Positions 51,745 through 62,194 of a stretch of 64,000 nt of DNA are shown here, piece by piece. Origin of the DNA: an uncultured Nitrososphaerota archaeon (GTDB taxonomy: Archaea > Thermoproteota > Nitrososphaeria > Nitrososphaerales > CADDZS01). The stretch lies in contig CAWCYI010000006.1 in the NCBI GenBank assembly GCA_963799845.1, positions 1,280,001 through 1,344,000 on the forward strand, written 5' to 3'. The first letter of the stretch is position 1. Each line of letters starts with the position of its first letter. The notes under the pieces were generated by a model. The model was not told where the DNA came from. It saw only the letters and a program-made list of their open reading frames with translations, and did not search any database. Position numbers and translations under genes: made by a program.

Positions 51745-53184
51745 ATGAGCATTAAAGATCTTAGAGATTTCATAAGAAAAGTCGATGAACTGGGAGAGCT
51801 CAGGTCCATAAATGGCGCCGACGTTATCTCCGAAGTGGGACCAATATCTTCCTTAGCTAGGATGATTGAGGGTTGTCCCGCAGTTTTGTTTGACGAAATA
51901 ATTGGGTATCCCAAGGGACACCGAGTCTTTGCGAACAACGTAAACTCTCCTAAAAGAACTGCGTTAGCGCTAGGAATAGATCCCCTTCTCTCAGACATGG
52001 GTATCTTGAGGGCTTGGAGAGAAAAGAAGAAGAATTCGAGAGAAATACCTCCTAAGTTTGTGACTGCCGCACCGTTTCTCGAGAATGTTCTTAGTTTAGG
52101 GCAAATTGATATTCTGAGATTCCCCGTCCCCAAGTGGCACGAACAGGATGGAGGCCGCTACATTGGTACAGGAGGCGTTTGTGTTCTAAGAGATCCAGAA
52201 AAAGACTGGATAAATGTTGGTATATACCGAATTCAAGTTCATGATAAAGCTACGCTTGGTCTACACTTTGATCACACAAAGCGGCATGGATACATGATCG
52301 CGCAGAAATATTGGGAAGGCGGAAAGAATTGTCCGGTTGCGGTTGCCTTTGGTGAAGATCCCGCTCTTTTCATGGCCGCCGCAGAAAAGTCTCCCTGGGG
52401 CTCATCTGAGTACTCATTAGCGGGACTGATGAAAGGTTCAAACTTCGAGGTATTTGAAAGCGATCTAACAGGTCTACCTTTACCTGCCAATTCCGAATTT
52501 GTGATCGAGGGCGAGATGCCGCCTCCTTCGAGTGATTCACGATTAGAAGGGCCATTTGGCGAGCTTACTGGTTACTATTCAAGCAGCGCTCGTGTTGCTC
52601 CCATAATCAAAGTAAAGAGGATAATGCATAGAAATGATCCAATTCTTTCAGGGAATCCGCCCCTACGTCCTCCGTATCACACAACAGGTATCCCAATAAA
52701 CGCAGGATACATCTGGGACGATATTGAGGAGGCTGGGATTCAAGCTTCTGGGGTTTGGCAACCAAGCAGAGGATTAACAGTTATTTCTCTGAAACAAATT
52801 GCAAGAGGTGAAGCTGAAAAGGCTGGCGAGATTGCATCCAAAAGTAGAGGAGCCTTTTTGGACAGAGTGATTGTGATCGTTGACGAAGATATAGATCCCA
52901 CCAGTCTCCAGGATCTGGCTTGGGCTTTGAGTACAAGATGTGAAGCATCCACAGGAATTAAGATCCTAACGGGTCTACCGTGCAGTACTCTAGACCCACT
53001 AATTTCTCCTGATAGAGTTGCGAAAGGCGACTTCTTTCATTCTAAAGCTATCATAAACGCGTGCAAACCATTCGAGTGGAAAGATAATTTTCCCGAACCT
53101 GTAAGGCTCGATGATAAAACTCGCAAGAGGATTTCTGACAAGTGGTTACGCGATCTGATGTCGAAGAATAAGCCTAACAACTGA
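51745..53184 (+). CDS. ubiD: UbiD-family (de)carboxylase, third paralog
   Basis: DLRDFI, DGGRYIGT, NVGIYRIQ, EGPFGELTGYY, VDEDIDP and INACKPF. Confidence 0.92.
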   Translation: MSIKDLRDFIRKVDELGELRSINGADVISEVGPISSLARMIEGCPAVLFDEIIGYPKGHRVFANNVNSPKRTALALGIDPLLSDMGILRAWREKKKNSREIPPKFVTAAPFLENVLSLGQIDILRFPVPKWHEQDGGRYIGTGGVCVLRDPEKDWINVGIYRIQVHDKATLGLHFDHTKRHGYMIAQKYWEGGKNCPVAVAFGEDPALFMAAAEKSPWGSSEYSLAGLMKGSNFEVFESDLTGLPLPANSEFVIEGEMPPPSSDSRLEGPFGELTGYYSSSARVAPIIKVKRIMHRNDPILSGNPPLRPPYHTTGIPINAGYIWDDIEEAGIQASGVWQPSRGLTVISLKQIARGEAEKAGEIASKSRGAFLDRVIVIVDEDIDPTSLQDLAWALSTRCEASTGIKILTGLPCSTLDPLISPDRVAKGDFFHSKAIINACKPFEWKDNFPEPVRLDDKTRKRISDKWLRDLMSKNKPNN

Positions 53185-53218
53185 GCTTATCTGAATCAGT
53201 CTTAAATATTCAATTTCA

Positions 53219-53827
53219 ATGTCGAATGTTCCAGTGATTGTTTTGGATCCGAGAAAGACCGCGTTGCTTGTTGTTGATATGCAGAAGGGCATTTTGAGCA
53301 AGACCGGTAGCGCGCATCTAATGCAGACTCAGAAAATAATCCCCGGGCTCAGGAAAATCATAGACCTTTGTCGGAAACAAGGAGTTATGATCATCTTCAG
53401 CAGACACAGCAACGAGTTTGCGAATCAGGTCTATAGGGAACTGAGACCTTACTTCTTCAATCAAGACGGCTCACCAATGGTTTCTAAGAAAAGTGAATTC
53501 TTTCAAGTTATAGATGATTTAGGTGCCAACACTGATGATATTTTTATTGACAAAGACCGGTCCAGTCCATTTTACCAAACTCATCTAGAGACGATTCTTA
53601 GAACTCGCAAGATTGAGAACGTAGTGATCGCGGGCGTCGCGACGAACGTGTGTTGCGAGGCTGCCGCACGAGATGCGTACTACCGGGATTTCAGAGTTTA
53701 CATGATAGAAGATTGTTGCACGGCTCTCAGCGAAGAATTTCACAACGTTTCTATAAAGACTATTAGGGAATACTTTGGCTTTATCATATCATCAACAGAG
53801 TTCTCTGAGTCAATTAGTAACATCTAA
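53219..53827 (+). CDS. Isochorismatase-family cysteine hydrolase (maleamate amidohydrolase/ureidomalonase-like)
   Basis: ALLVVDMQ (Asp), DKDRSSPF (Lys) and GVATNVCC (Cys). Confidence 0.9.
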   Translation: MSNVPVIVLDPRKTALLVVDMQKGILSKTGSAHLMQTQKIIPGLRKIIDLCRKQGVMIIFSRHSNEFANQVYRELRPYFFNQDGSPMVSKKSEFFQVIDDLGANTDDIFIDKDRSSPFYQTHLETILRTRKIENVVIAGVATNVCCEAAARDAYYRDFRVYMIEDCCTALSEEFHNVSIKTIREYFGFIISSTEFSESISNI

Positions 53828-53932
53828 TCCTAAATGACTTTCCATTTTTTACCAAATATTTTTGGGAGCTGGGCTCTCGCTATTGCATGATATTCCGCGC
53901 AATAATAATCTTGATTTTTGGTATTAACTTGA

Positions 53933-54955
53933 TTAGGTTAGGATTGGTGATCTCGGATCCCCGATCGAATTCTCTAGAGTCTCCCAAAAAAAGCAGGCAG
54001 CGAGATGGTCAACGCCTTCCAATTGGGGCTCGGATTCACGGCACTTTTCTCTAGCATACGGACATCTAGTATTGAATCGACATCCTTTTGGAGGATTTGA
54101 TGCTGAAGGAATTTCCCCCTTAAGTGTCACGGGTACCCGAGTCTTCATCAAATCGTAGTCGGGTACTGGGATCGAAGAAATTAAGACTCTAGTATATGGA
54201 TGACGGGGATGACTAAAGATTTCTGCAGCAGGACCAATTTCCATTATCTTCCCAAGATAAATCACTGCAACTAAATGACTGATGTGCTGTACGACCCCCA
54301 AATCATGAGACACGAAGAGATATGTTAGATTCATTTCATCTCTTAGTTTTATCAGCAAATTGATTATTTTTGCTTGGACCGACACATCAAGCGCCGAGAC
54401 AGCCTCATCGGCTACGATGAAATCTGGAGAAAGAGACAAAGCTCGAGCGAGTGCTATTCGTTGTCTTTGACCCCCACTGAACTGGTGTGGATATTTGTTG
54501 GAGTCTGAGCTACTCAAACCAACTTTCTCTAAAAGACGATAAACCATTTCCTTTCTGTACGCCTTGTCTCCCACGTTATAGACATCAAGTGGTTCTGAAA
54601 TTATTCCCTGAGCATTCATTCTAGGATCTAGAGAAGAATAGGGATCTTGAAAGACAACGCCAATTCTCCTTCGGATTCCAGAAGACATGAGGTTACCTCT
54701 GTTCATTCGGGTTATATCAACTCCGTCGAAGAGTACACTGCCAGCGGTTGGATCAGAGAGTTTGAGGATCAAACTAGCAATAGTAGTCTTTCCCGAACCA
54801 CTTTCTCCCACGAGGCTCAGAGTTTTTCCTTTTGGAATTGAAAAGTTAACCCCATCAACGGCTTTCACACTTCCCGCGTTCCGTTTGAAGATGACGCCTT
54901 TTGTAATAGGAAAATACTTTTTGAGCTCTTTCACTTCAACAAGTGGTTGATCCAT
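53933..54955 (-). CDS. dppF: Dipeptide/oligopeptide ABC transporter ATPase
   Basis: GESGSGKT, FSGGQRQR, DEAVSALD and C-terminal GCRFNTRCP. Confidence 0.92.
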   Translation of the reverse strand: MDQPLVEVKELKKYFPITKGVIFKRNAGSVKAVDGVNFSIPKGKTLSLVGESGSGKTTIASLILKLSDPTAGSVLFDGVDITRMNRGNLMSSGIRRRIGVVFQDPYSSLDPRMNAQGIISEPLDVYNVGDKAYRKEMVYRLLEKVGLSSSDSNKYPHQFSGGQRQRIALARALSLSPDFIVADEAVSALDVSVQAKIINLLIKLRDEMNLTYLFVSHDLGVVQHISHLVAVIYLGKIMEIGPAAEIFSHPRHPYTRVLISSIPVPDYDLMKTRVPVTLKGEIPSASNPPKGCRFNTRCPYAREKCRESEPQLEGVDHLAACFFWETLENSIGDPRSPILT

Positions 54956-55965
54956 TATGTTTTACCCCAAACTTCTTCCTGATACATAAGACAGCTAACA
55001 AAATGATCTGGTTCGACTTCGAGAAGATCCGGCTCAACCTTGGAACAGATCTCTTTCGCATGCGTGCACCTAGGGTGAAAGCGACAACCCGAAGGCGGGG
55101 AGACAAGGTCGGGCACTTCACCGCTTATTTGCCCTAATTCGGATCTACTATCCTCTCCTAGCTTTGGGACTGAATTCAAGAGGGCCTGGGCGTACGGGTG
55201 CAGGGGAGAAGAGAAAAGATCAGCAGTGAGACATTTTTCAACAATCTTGCCCGCATACATCACATTAACTCGATCGCACAGCCATGCGACTATTCCAAGA
55301 TTATGGGTGATGAACAGAACAGCAGTGCCTTTTGTGTCGCGCACAGTTCTAATCAGCTCTAAGATCTGAGCTTGAATGGTTACGTCCAAATTTGTGGTTG
55401 GTTCGTCAGCAATCAATAGGATTGGAGATGTACAAATTGCAAGGGCTATCATGATTCTTTGACGCATGCCTCCACTAAGCTCGAAAGGATATTGATCCAT
55501 CCTGAGTTCGGGATCGGGGATACCAACCGCAGAAAGTAGTTCGATACCCTTTTGTTTTGCCTCCTTCTTGCTCAACTTATCATGAGCCAAGATCGTCTCT
55601 GTTAATTGTTTCCCAACCTTGATAATCGGGTTAAGGGAAGACAATGGGTCTTGAAATATCATACCCACCTTGCTCCCTCTAGATTTCCGCATTTGTTTCT
55701 CCGTTAGCTGAACGAGATCTATGGCCTCGAGAAATATCTTTCCACTTACTATTTTTGCTGGAGGATTTGGAATGAGCTTAAGAATTGAAAGACAGGTAAC
55801 TGATTTTCCGCATCCTGACTCTCCAACTAGTCCGGCTATTTCCCCTTTGGCAATATCAATTGACACTCCATCTACAGCCTTCACAACTCCCCTGGATGTG
55901 AAAAAGTATGTTTTTAGATCTTGAATCGACAAAACGTTCAGTGAGTCTGAGCTTACATCGATCAC
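54955..55965 (-). CDS. dppD: Dipeptide/oligopeptide ABC transporter ATPase
   Basis: GESGCGKS, LSGGMRQR, DEPTT and GCRFHPRC. Confidence 0.92.
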   Translation of the reverse strand: MIDVSSDSLNVLSIQDLKTYFFTSRGVVKAVDGVSIDIAKGEIAGLVGESGCGKSVTCLSILKLIPNPPAKIVSGKIFLEAIDLVQLTEKQMRKSRGSKVGMIFQDPLSSLNPIIKVGKQLTETILAHDKLSKKEAKQKGIELLSAVGIPDPELRMDQYPFELSGGMRQRIMIALAICTSPILLIADEPTTNLDVTIQAQILELIRTVRDTKGTAVLFITHNLGIVAWLCDRVNVMYAGKIVEKCLTADLFSSPLHPYAQALLNSVPKLGEDSRSELGQISGEVPDLVSPPSGCRFHPRCTHAKEICSKVEPDLLEVEPDHFVSCLMYQEEVWGKT

Positions 55966-55980
55966 TAATCTGTCACAATC

Positions 55981-56832
55981 TCATAATCGCATTCTTGGGT
56001 CAAGCGCGTCCCTCAAACCATCTCCGATGACATTGAAAGCCAAAACTGTCGTTGTTATGGCCAGCCCGGGAAACAAGGCGGACCATGGAGAAAATAGAAA
56101 ATAATCTCTGCCAGTCGCTATCATGTTCCCCCAACTGGGAAAAGGTGCTTGGACACCCAAACCCAAAAAGCTTAATCCTGCTTCTGCAAGTATCGCCCAT
56201 CCAAATCCCAAACTAATCAGGATGATCATAGGTCCCAACGAATTTGGTATCAAGTGGCGAAACAGAATTCTTCTATCGTTAGATCCTATTGCTTTTGCTG
56301 CCTTGACGAAATCGCTAGTTCTAAGGGAGAGGCATTGGCTTCTTACCACCCTCGCAAAATTCGGCCAGTTGACTATTGATAGTGCGATCATCAAGTTCAC
56401 TATGCCATTTCCAAATGCTGCTATAATTGCAATTGCGAGTACAAGCCCCGGGAAAGCAAGAAAAACGTCTGCTACGCGCATTATAGCTGCATCGATTTTT
56501 CCACCATAGTACCCAGCTACTGAGCCAGAAAGTATTCCTACAAAAGATGAGATTGATACGACTATTATTCCAACTTCAAAAGAGATTTTTGCTCCATACA
56601 TTAGTCGGGTTAATGTATCTCGACCCAAGCTATCTGTGCCCATCGGATGGGCAATTGAGGGCCCAGCAAGCGCTGAAGTAGATGGTTGTATAGGATTGTA
56701 AGCGGAAATGTAAGGAGCTGCAAGCGCGATCACTATCAAAAAAACCAAATAACCGAGGGCTACCGAGGCGCCTCGATTGCCCTTTAGGAAAAACCAAATT
56801 GCGTCGATTTTGGTTCCCCCAATTGATTTCAA
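55981..56832 (-). CDS. dppC: Dipeptide ABC transporter permease
   Basis: HPMGTDSLGRD, EAA-like FVKAAKAIG and GDGLRDALDPR. Confidence 0.92.
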   Translation of the reverse strand: MKSIGGTKIDAIWFFLKGNRGASVALGYLVFLIVIALAAPYISAYNPIQPSTSALAGPSIAHPMGTDSLGRDTLTRLMYGAKISFEVGIIVVSISSFVGILSGSVAGYYGGKIDAAIMRVADVFLAFPGLVLAIAIIAAFGNGIVNLMIALSIVNWPNFARVVRSQCLSLRTSDFVKAAKAIGSNDRRILFRHLIPNSLGPMIILISLGFGWAILAEAGLSFLGLGVQAPFPSWGNMIATGRDYFLFSPWSALFPGLAITTTVLAFNVIGDGLRDALDPRMRL

Positions 56833-56852
56833 AAGTCGATCTCCTGACTTTG

Positions 56853-57776
56853 TTATGCGTACTGTATGCGAGGATCAATGTAAGAGTAAGCGATGTCAAC
56901 AATCAACGTAACTAGAACGAAGAGCAGAGTCGTAATCAGGATGGTCCCCGTCACGAGGGGATAGTCCAGATTGCTAATAGCCTGATATGTCAAGTACCCT
57001 ATTCCTGGCCATGCGAACACCACCTCGACAAGGTATGCGCCTCCCATGAGGTAACCGAAATATAGCCCGATAAGAGTGAAGATCGGAATGACCGCATTTC
57101 TCAGAGCATGAAATATGACGACGGTTCTTTCATTCAACCCCCTTGCCCTGGCTGATACAATGTAATCTTGTCTTATCACTTCTAACAATGAAGATCTAGT
57201 AAGCCGCGCAATGGAACCTGCTATTGATAGTCCCAAAGTTAGAGCGGGTAGTATAACCTGCCCAGGAGTTCCATAACCCGCGACTGGGACAAGTCTAAGA
57301 TAATAAGCAAAGATCAGAATCAATATGAGTCCGAGCCAATAGTTGGGCATCGACGCCGCAAACAAAGAAGCGATCATAGAAATTCGATCAAAAATCGAAT
57401 TCTGTTTAAGCGCAGCTACGATTCCTGCAACCAATCCGATTGGGATAGCAATCAATAACCCCGCAACAGTTAATATAATTGTTCTTGGGAGCGCTTGACT
57501 GACAAGTGAGAGTACAGATCTTCCAGTAGAAATGCTATTGCCTAAATTTCCGTGAATTAACCTCCATAAGAACAATCCGAATTGAACGGGAAGTGGCTGG
57601 TCAAGACCGAGCTCGTGTTCGTAAGCGGCTATGTCAGCGGTTGTGCCTCCTGTTCTTCCCATCATGACCCTAACAGGGTCACCGGGGGTAAGTTTTAGAA
57701 TAAAAAAAGTTAGAAGGGCGACACCTATTACGACCGGTATCGCTTGAAGTATTCTGCCAACTACATATTTTAGCAA
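56853..57776 (-). CDS. dppB: Dipeptide ABC transporter permease
   Basis: PGDPV, GLDQPL, ARARGL, HALRNA and IDPRI. Confidence 0.92.
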   Translation of the reverse strand: MLKYVVGRILQAIPVVIGVALLTFFILKLTPGDPVRVMMGRTGGTTADIAAYEHELGLDQPLPVQFGLFLWRLIHGNLGNSISTGRSVLSLVSQALPRTIILTVAGLLIAIPIGLVAGIVAALKQNSIFDRISMIASLFAASMPNYWLGLILILIFAYYLRLVPVAGYGTPGQVILPALTLGLSIAGSIARLTRSSLLEVIRQDYIVSARARGLNERTVVIFHALRNAVIPIFTLIGLYFGYLMGGAYLVEVVFAWPGIGYLTYQAISNLDYPLVTGTILITTLLFVLVTLIVDIAYSYIDPRIQYA

Positions 57777-57807
57777 GTCCGGAGCTTAGTCCGAAGTTTT
57801 TCGAATC

Positions 57808-59605
57808 TCAGCTCGGTGTATTGAGCCAGACCTTCGCACCTATCTGCGGGATCCAGATAGCTCCACCTTCGTACCAACTGCTCGGGTGGACGTTATACCC
57901 CACAAGCATTGGTGTGGAGGCATATATGAAGGGTATCCAATAGAGCGGGGCATCTACTGAGATGTTCTGGGCAATCTGTGTTAACTGAGCAACATATGGT
58001 GCGGCAGCGGTGGAGTTACTTTCAGCAATCTCGGCTGCGAGCTGTGCCAGCTGTGAATTGTTGATGTAATTTAGATCCCACGTCTCTCCTGGTGTATAAT
58101 AATCTCTAAACCTTGTATTTGATTCGCTAAACTGGTTTAGAAGGAGATCCCAATGAGTTCCGCCTGGTCCGCCGTATGCCGTATTAATGTAAGATGGAAA
58201 GTTCAATGAAATCAAGTTGGTGTTAATTCCAGCAGCAGCAAGATCGGCCTGCACCGTCTCTGCGACTATCTGATTATTTCCGAGATCAACATAGACAAAT
58301 GGAAGCATTTGGCCGGCGTAATTCGATTTCGCCAGAAACTGCTTTGCCAGGGTAACATTTCCATTGACTGGATAGACCGAGTTCAGGGACGCATTGAACC
58401 AGGGCCAAGCAGGGTTGATGAGCGTCTCAGATATTGTTCCAAAACCCGCGGAAGCACTGATAATAACCTGGGTACGATTAATTGCATAGTTTACGGCATC
58501 TCGCAAGTACTGATTTAACATCGCTCCGCTACCAAAAGTTGTATTTTCATTTCAGCTGCACCATGTAAAGATCATCAGAGGCCTCGACCTTTACTGGAAA
58601 TCCAGCGCTTAGTACGCTAGGTACATCTGATGGCAACGTTACATCAATGAGTTGATACTCCCCTGTCTCGAGACCTAAAACTCTCGCTGACTCGTCCGGA
58701 ACTATTGATACAACGATTTTACTGATGTATGGTTTGCCGCCCCAGTAATTCGGGTTGGCAACGAGGATTTCTTGGTCATTGGGTATCCACGATGTCAGCA
58801 TATATGGCCCTGTCCCGACTGGATGCTGACCGTAGCTAGATCCGTATTTCGCTACAGCTGTAGGTGAAACGGGAGCGCATTCATCTGCAATTAATTGAAG
58901 AAAGTACCCAATCGGTTTAGAAAGGACAATCTGTATTTGGTACGCACTCAACACATTGATTGCGGATACATAGACAAAATCTCCTGCGATATTACTTCCC
59001 GCCGCGCTCTGGTTCGCGCACTGTTCAAAAGTTAGTTGCACTGCGGTCGCATTAAATGGAGTCCCATCTTGAAAAGTGGCGTTTTGAACTAGATTAAACG
59101 TGTATACAGTACCGTTAGGGCTCACCGTCCAGGATTGCGCAAGTTCCGGTTGGATAGTCCCACCAAATCCTTCAACAGTCAGAGTATTATAAATGGCCTT
59201 GTACATGAAGGCCGTCCACTGATCGGATCCCCCGAAAAATCTTGGGTCGAGACCGAAACTTCCGGCTCCTTCTTCATCCATCCCAACGTTGAGCGTACCA
59301 CCCTGAACAACACCAGAAACGTTACCCGTTAGAGTAACAGTCGACGTAGCTGTCGATCCGGATGTAAGTAGTGAGGTGAGAGTTGAAACTGCTGTCGAGA
59401 CAGAAGTTGAAACGGCAGTTGACGTTGAAACAGCAGTAGACACAGAAGTGGATACAGATCCCGATGCGGTGCTCGTGCTTACTACGGTCGTCGTCTTGGC
59501 ACCACCTTCATATACTAAAACTCCAGCCGCCGCAGCGATAATAATTACAATAATCACTACAGCCACACTAATCATTCTTGCGATAGCGCTAGAACCGCGT
59601 TTCAT
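57808..59605 (-). CDS. dppA: Family 5 ABC solute-binding protein with N-terminal membrane anchor and Ser/Thr linker, frameshift at about 58553
   Basis: ORFs 58547..59605 and 57808..58521 join. Motifs PELAQSW, FQDGTPFNA, PVGTGPY, ANPNYWG and LRDAVNYAINR. Confidence 0.88.
59375..59495 (-). repeat. Low-complexity Ser/Thr/Val linker repeats (VSTS/VSTA)
   Basis: TTTVVSTSTASGSVSTSVSTAVSTSTAVSTSVSTAVST within the solute-binding protein. Confidence 0.7.
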
Positions 59606-59915
59606 ATGCTGGCTCGAAGACTCAAGTACATACTTAAAGATTATCCCAAAAATTGCTCAGCCACAATCTTCGGGGCCAGGTCTGTTAGGTAGAAATTGAC
59701 GTTCCAAACAGAAATAATGCCTAATATCTTTTGATTTCTCTTCCAGTTAATCATATTTTTTTGCGAGATGTTTTGAATTCAGGGAATTAGCGCGGTAGTC
59801 CGTTCCATCTGATTGAGCGATATGTGATCTAATTCGATACAGACTCATTTCCCTGCGAAAACAATAATTCCAGCCTACAAAAAAGCTGGTACGCGGTCCT
59901 TGTTCGACGCAAGTT

Positions 59916-59934
59916 TGTTCACGCGCGTGACACA
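59916..59934. promoter_or_regulatory. Second copy of the parS-like palindrome: TGTTCACGCGCGTGACACA
   Basis: First 15 nt are identical to 38088-38102. It lies in the divergent intergenic region between dppA and the LLM oxidoreductase. Confidence 0.6.
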
Positions 59935-60173
59935 TAAACGATGTCACGAATCAAGCTCCACTTTACAGTTTGGTTCCAGTCTTCTAAGGGCTTACTAGTT
60001 CTCTCCTGAAATATTTTTGCTCTTCATGAAAGCTATGGGTGGGAGTTCTCGGCAATCCTTAGTATTAATGAAGAATTGGTTTCATTCTTTCATAACCAAT
60101 AATAAGATACTATGGAGCATATTTAGAGCAACAAAACCTTATAGTTGTTTACTGTCGCGAGATTACGAATCCT

Positions 60174-61235
60174 TTGAATAGCGTTCTATCGAAAGTATCG
60201 CTTTCTATTGGAGGACTGCCTATAGAAGATGATATCGAGATCTGCAAACTTGCAGAATCTTTAGGTTTCAAAGGCTATTGGCTCCATGAGGTTACTGGTA
60301 GAGATGCCTTTACACACATTGCAGTTCTTTCACAACAAACGGTACGTATTAGACTCGGTACAAGTATAGTCGGAATATTTGGTAGGAGTCCACTCGTTAC
60401 TGCAATGAGCTCTTTCTCACTAAACGAAATAAGCAAAGGAAGATTCGTCCTTGGTCTGGGAACGCAAGCGGAAAATTACGTGGTTGGATGGCACGGAGCA
60501 AAGTTTAGGCGCCCGACTATCAGTATGATAGAATACGTCACACTTGTCAAAAGCATTCTGTCAGGAGAGAGGGTTTCCTACGACGGAAAAATATTTCGAA
60601 TGCAAAATTTCAAATTTCAAGCAAAACCAAGCTATGACACAAAGATACTAGTTGCTGCGATCGGACCCAGAATGATTGAGGTTGCTGGCAGAGTCGCCGA
60701 TGGAGTCATTGGAAATTTCTGGTCGGAGGATTATGTGCGGAAGACCGTGATTCCAAACTTGAAGATTGGTGCGCAAGCGTCTGGGAGAAAACTGGAGGAC
60801 CTGCAAATAATTAGCGGCCACGCGTGTTTTCCTACAGACGGATCCTCGGCTCAAGTTGGAACAACTAAACCAGTCGTTGTCACTTTTGCTCTCGTACCTT
60901 ATTATCGAAAGATATTTTCCGATAGTAATTTCGACGATGAATACTCGAAGATTAACAAGGCCATGGCAAAAGGAGACGTGAAGGGCGCTCTGGACGCTGT
61001 AACTGATGAGATGACCAAGGCGCTAACCATAGTTGGGGATCGATCAGAATTCAATAGAAGAATCCAAGGATTGCTCGCAGCGGGAGTCAATGAGGTGAAA
61101 CTCCACCCTGTGACTAGCTATAGTTTTCATCCACTTTATCCTGGCAGCTTGCCCGATAATATTTCAGAATTTAACGGGCCTCAATTGTATTCGCTTTATG
61201 AAACCAGTAAAAAAGTCATTGATGTCTTGTCATGA
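60174..61235 (+). CDS. Luciferase-like (LLM) flavin/F420-dependent oxidoreductase
   Basis: AESLGFKGYWLHE, IRLGTSI, SKGRFVLGLGT and AAIGPRMIEVAGRVADG. Confidence 0.88.
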   Translation: MNSVLSKVSLSIGGLPIEDDIEICKLAESLGFKGYWLHEVTGRDAFTHIAVLSQQTVRIRLGTSIVGIFGRSPLVTAMSSFSLNEISKGRFVLGLGTQAENYVVGWHGAKFRRPTISMIEYVTLVKSILSGERVSYDGKIFRMQNFKFQAKPSYDTKILVAAIGPRMIEVAGRVADGVIGNFWSEDYVRKTVIPNLKIGAQASGRKLEDLQIISGHACFPTDGSSAQVGTTKPVVVTFALVPYYRKIFSDSNFDDEYSKINKAMAKGDVKGALDAVTDEMTKALTIVGDRSEFNRRIQGLLAAGVNEVKLHPVTSYSFHPLYPGSLPDNISEFNGPQLYSLYETSKKVIDVLS

Positions 61236-61292
61236 GCCTTCTGTCTCCAAAACAGCTCCCTGTTTGACGTACGTTCAATACTCCCCAAATAG

Positions 61293-62187
61293 ATGCCAAA
61301 ATTGTTAAGAAATAATCGGCGATACTTCGCAAATTTCTTCATTTGGGATCGCGCTCCTAATCCTTCAAACTTTGTCATCTTGCAGAGGATTTCAAGACTA
61401 GGATTCGATGGTGTTGAAATTCTTTCTCCTGAAACTCTTCGAGAAACCCAATCTTACATCCAAGCTTTGAAATCAACATCGAAATCATCAAGAAAAAGAG
61501 AGCCACTTGATACAATTATTATCGGAGCGAGTAATTTTGAGGCCGATCCGAGCTCAAGCGCCCTAAACGTACAGCGACGAGCGATAGATCACCTAAAGAA
61601 ATGCGTCGATTTCTCCGCAAAAGTTGAGGGGGACCTAATTGCCGGCCCCGTTCAATCTCCCGTGGGAGAGAATGTGTTCATGACTCACGAAGAAAGAAAG
61701 AGGAGGACGATTAGGGCAGCGGAGACTCTCAAGGTGGTCACTGGTTATGCCAAAGATAGGGGGGTAAAAATCGCATTCGAACCTTTGTGTCGGTACGATC
61801 AGCTCCTTCATAAATACTGTAAACCAAGCGCTCATTCTTTGTGATCTGGTGTCCGAAGAGAACTTTGGCTTGCTCTTGGACACTTTTCACATGAACGTCG
61901 AGGAGGATTCGACCTATTCCGCGATAGTTTCAGCAAAAGGCAAGATTCTTCACGTACACGCCTCGGAAAACAATCGTGGCATCCCAGGAAATGGTCAGAT
62001 AAATTGGTTGCGAATCAAGGAAGCCCTATCGAATACTAGCTATAACGGTGCAATTGGCATCGAGTCCTTCACGCCCCTAGTCAAGACATTCGCTACCCAA
62101 AATCATTCTTGGCGCAGGCTCGCTCGATCACAAGACAAGATCGCGTCAGATGGCTTGAAGTTTCTGAAAAATGAACTCGATTTGTGA
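61293..62187 (+). CDS. Sugar phosphate isomerase/ketose 3-epimerase family TIM barrel, frameshift at about 61800
   Basis: GFDGVEI, FEPLCRY, LDTFHMN, HVHASENNRG and IESF. Confidence 0.85.
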
Positions 62188-62194
62188 TTTTTGG

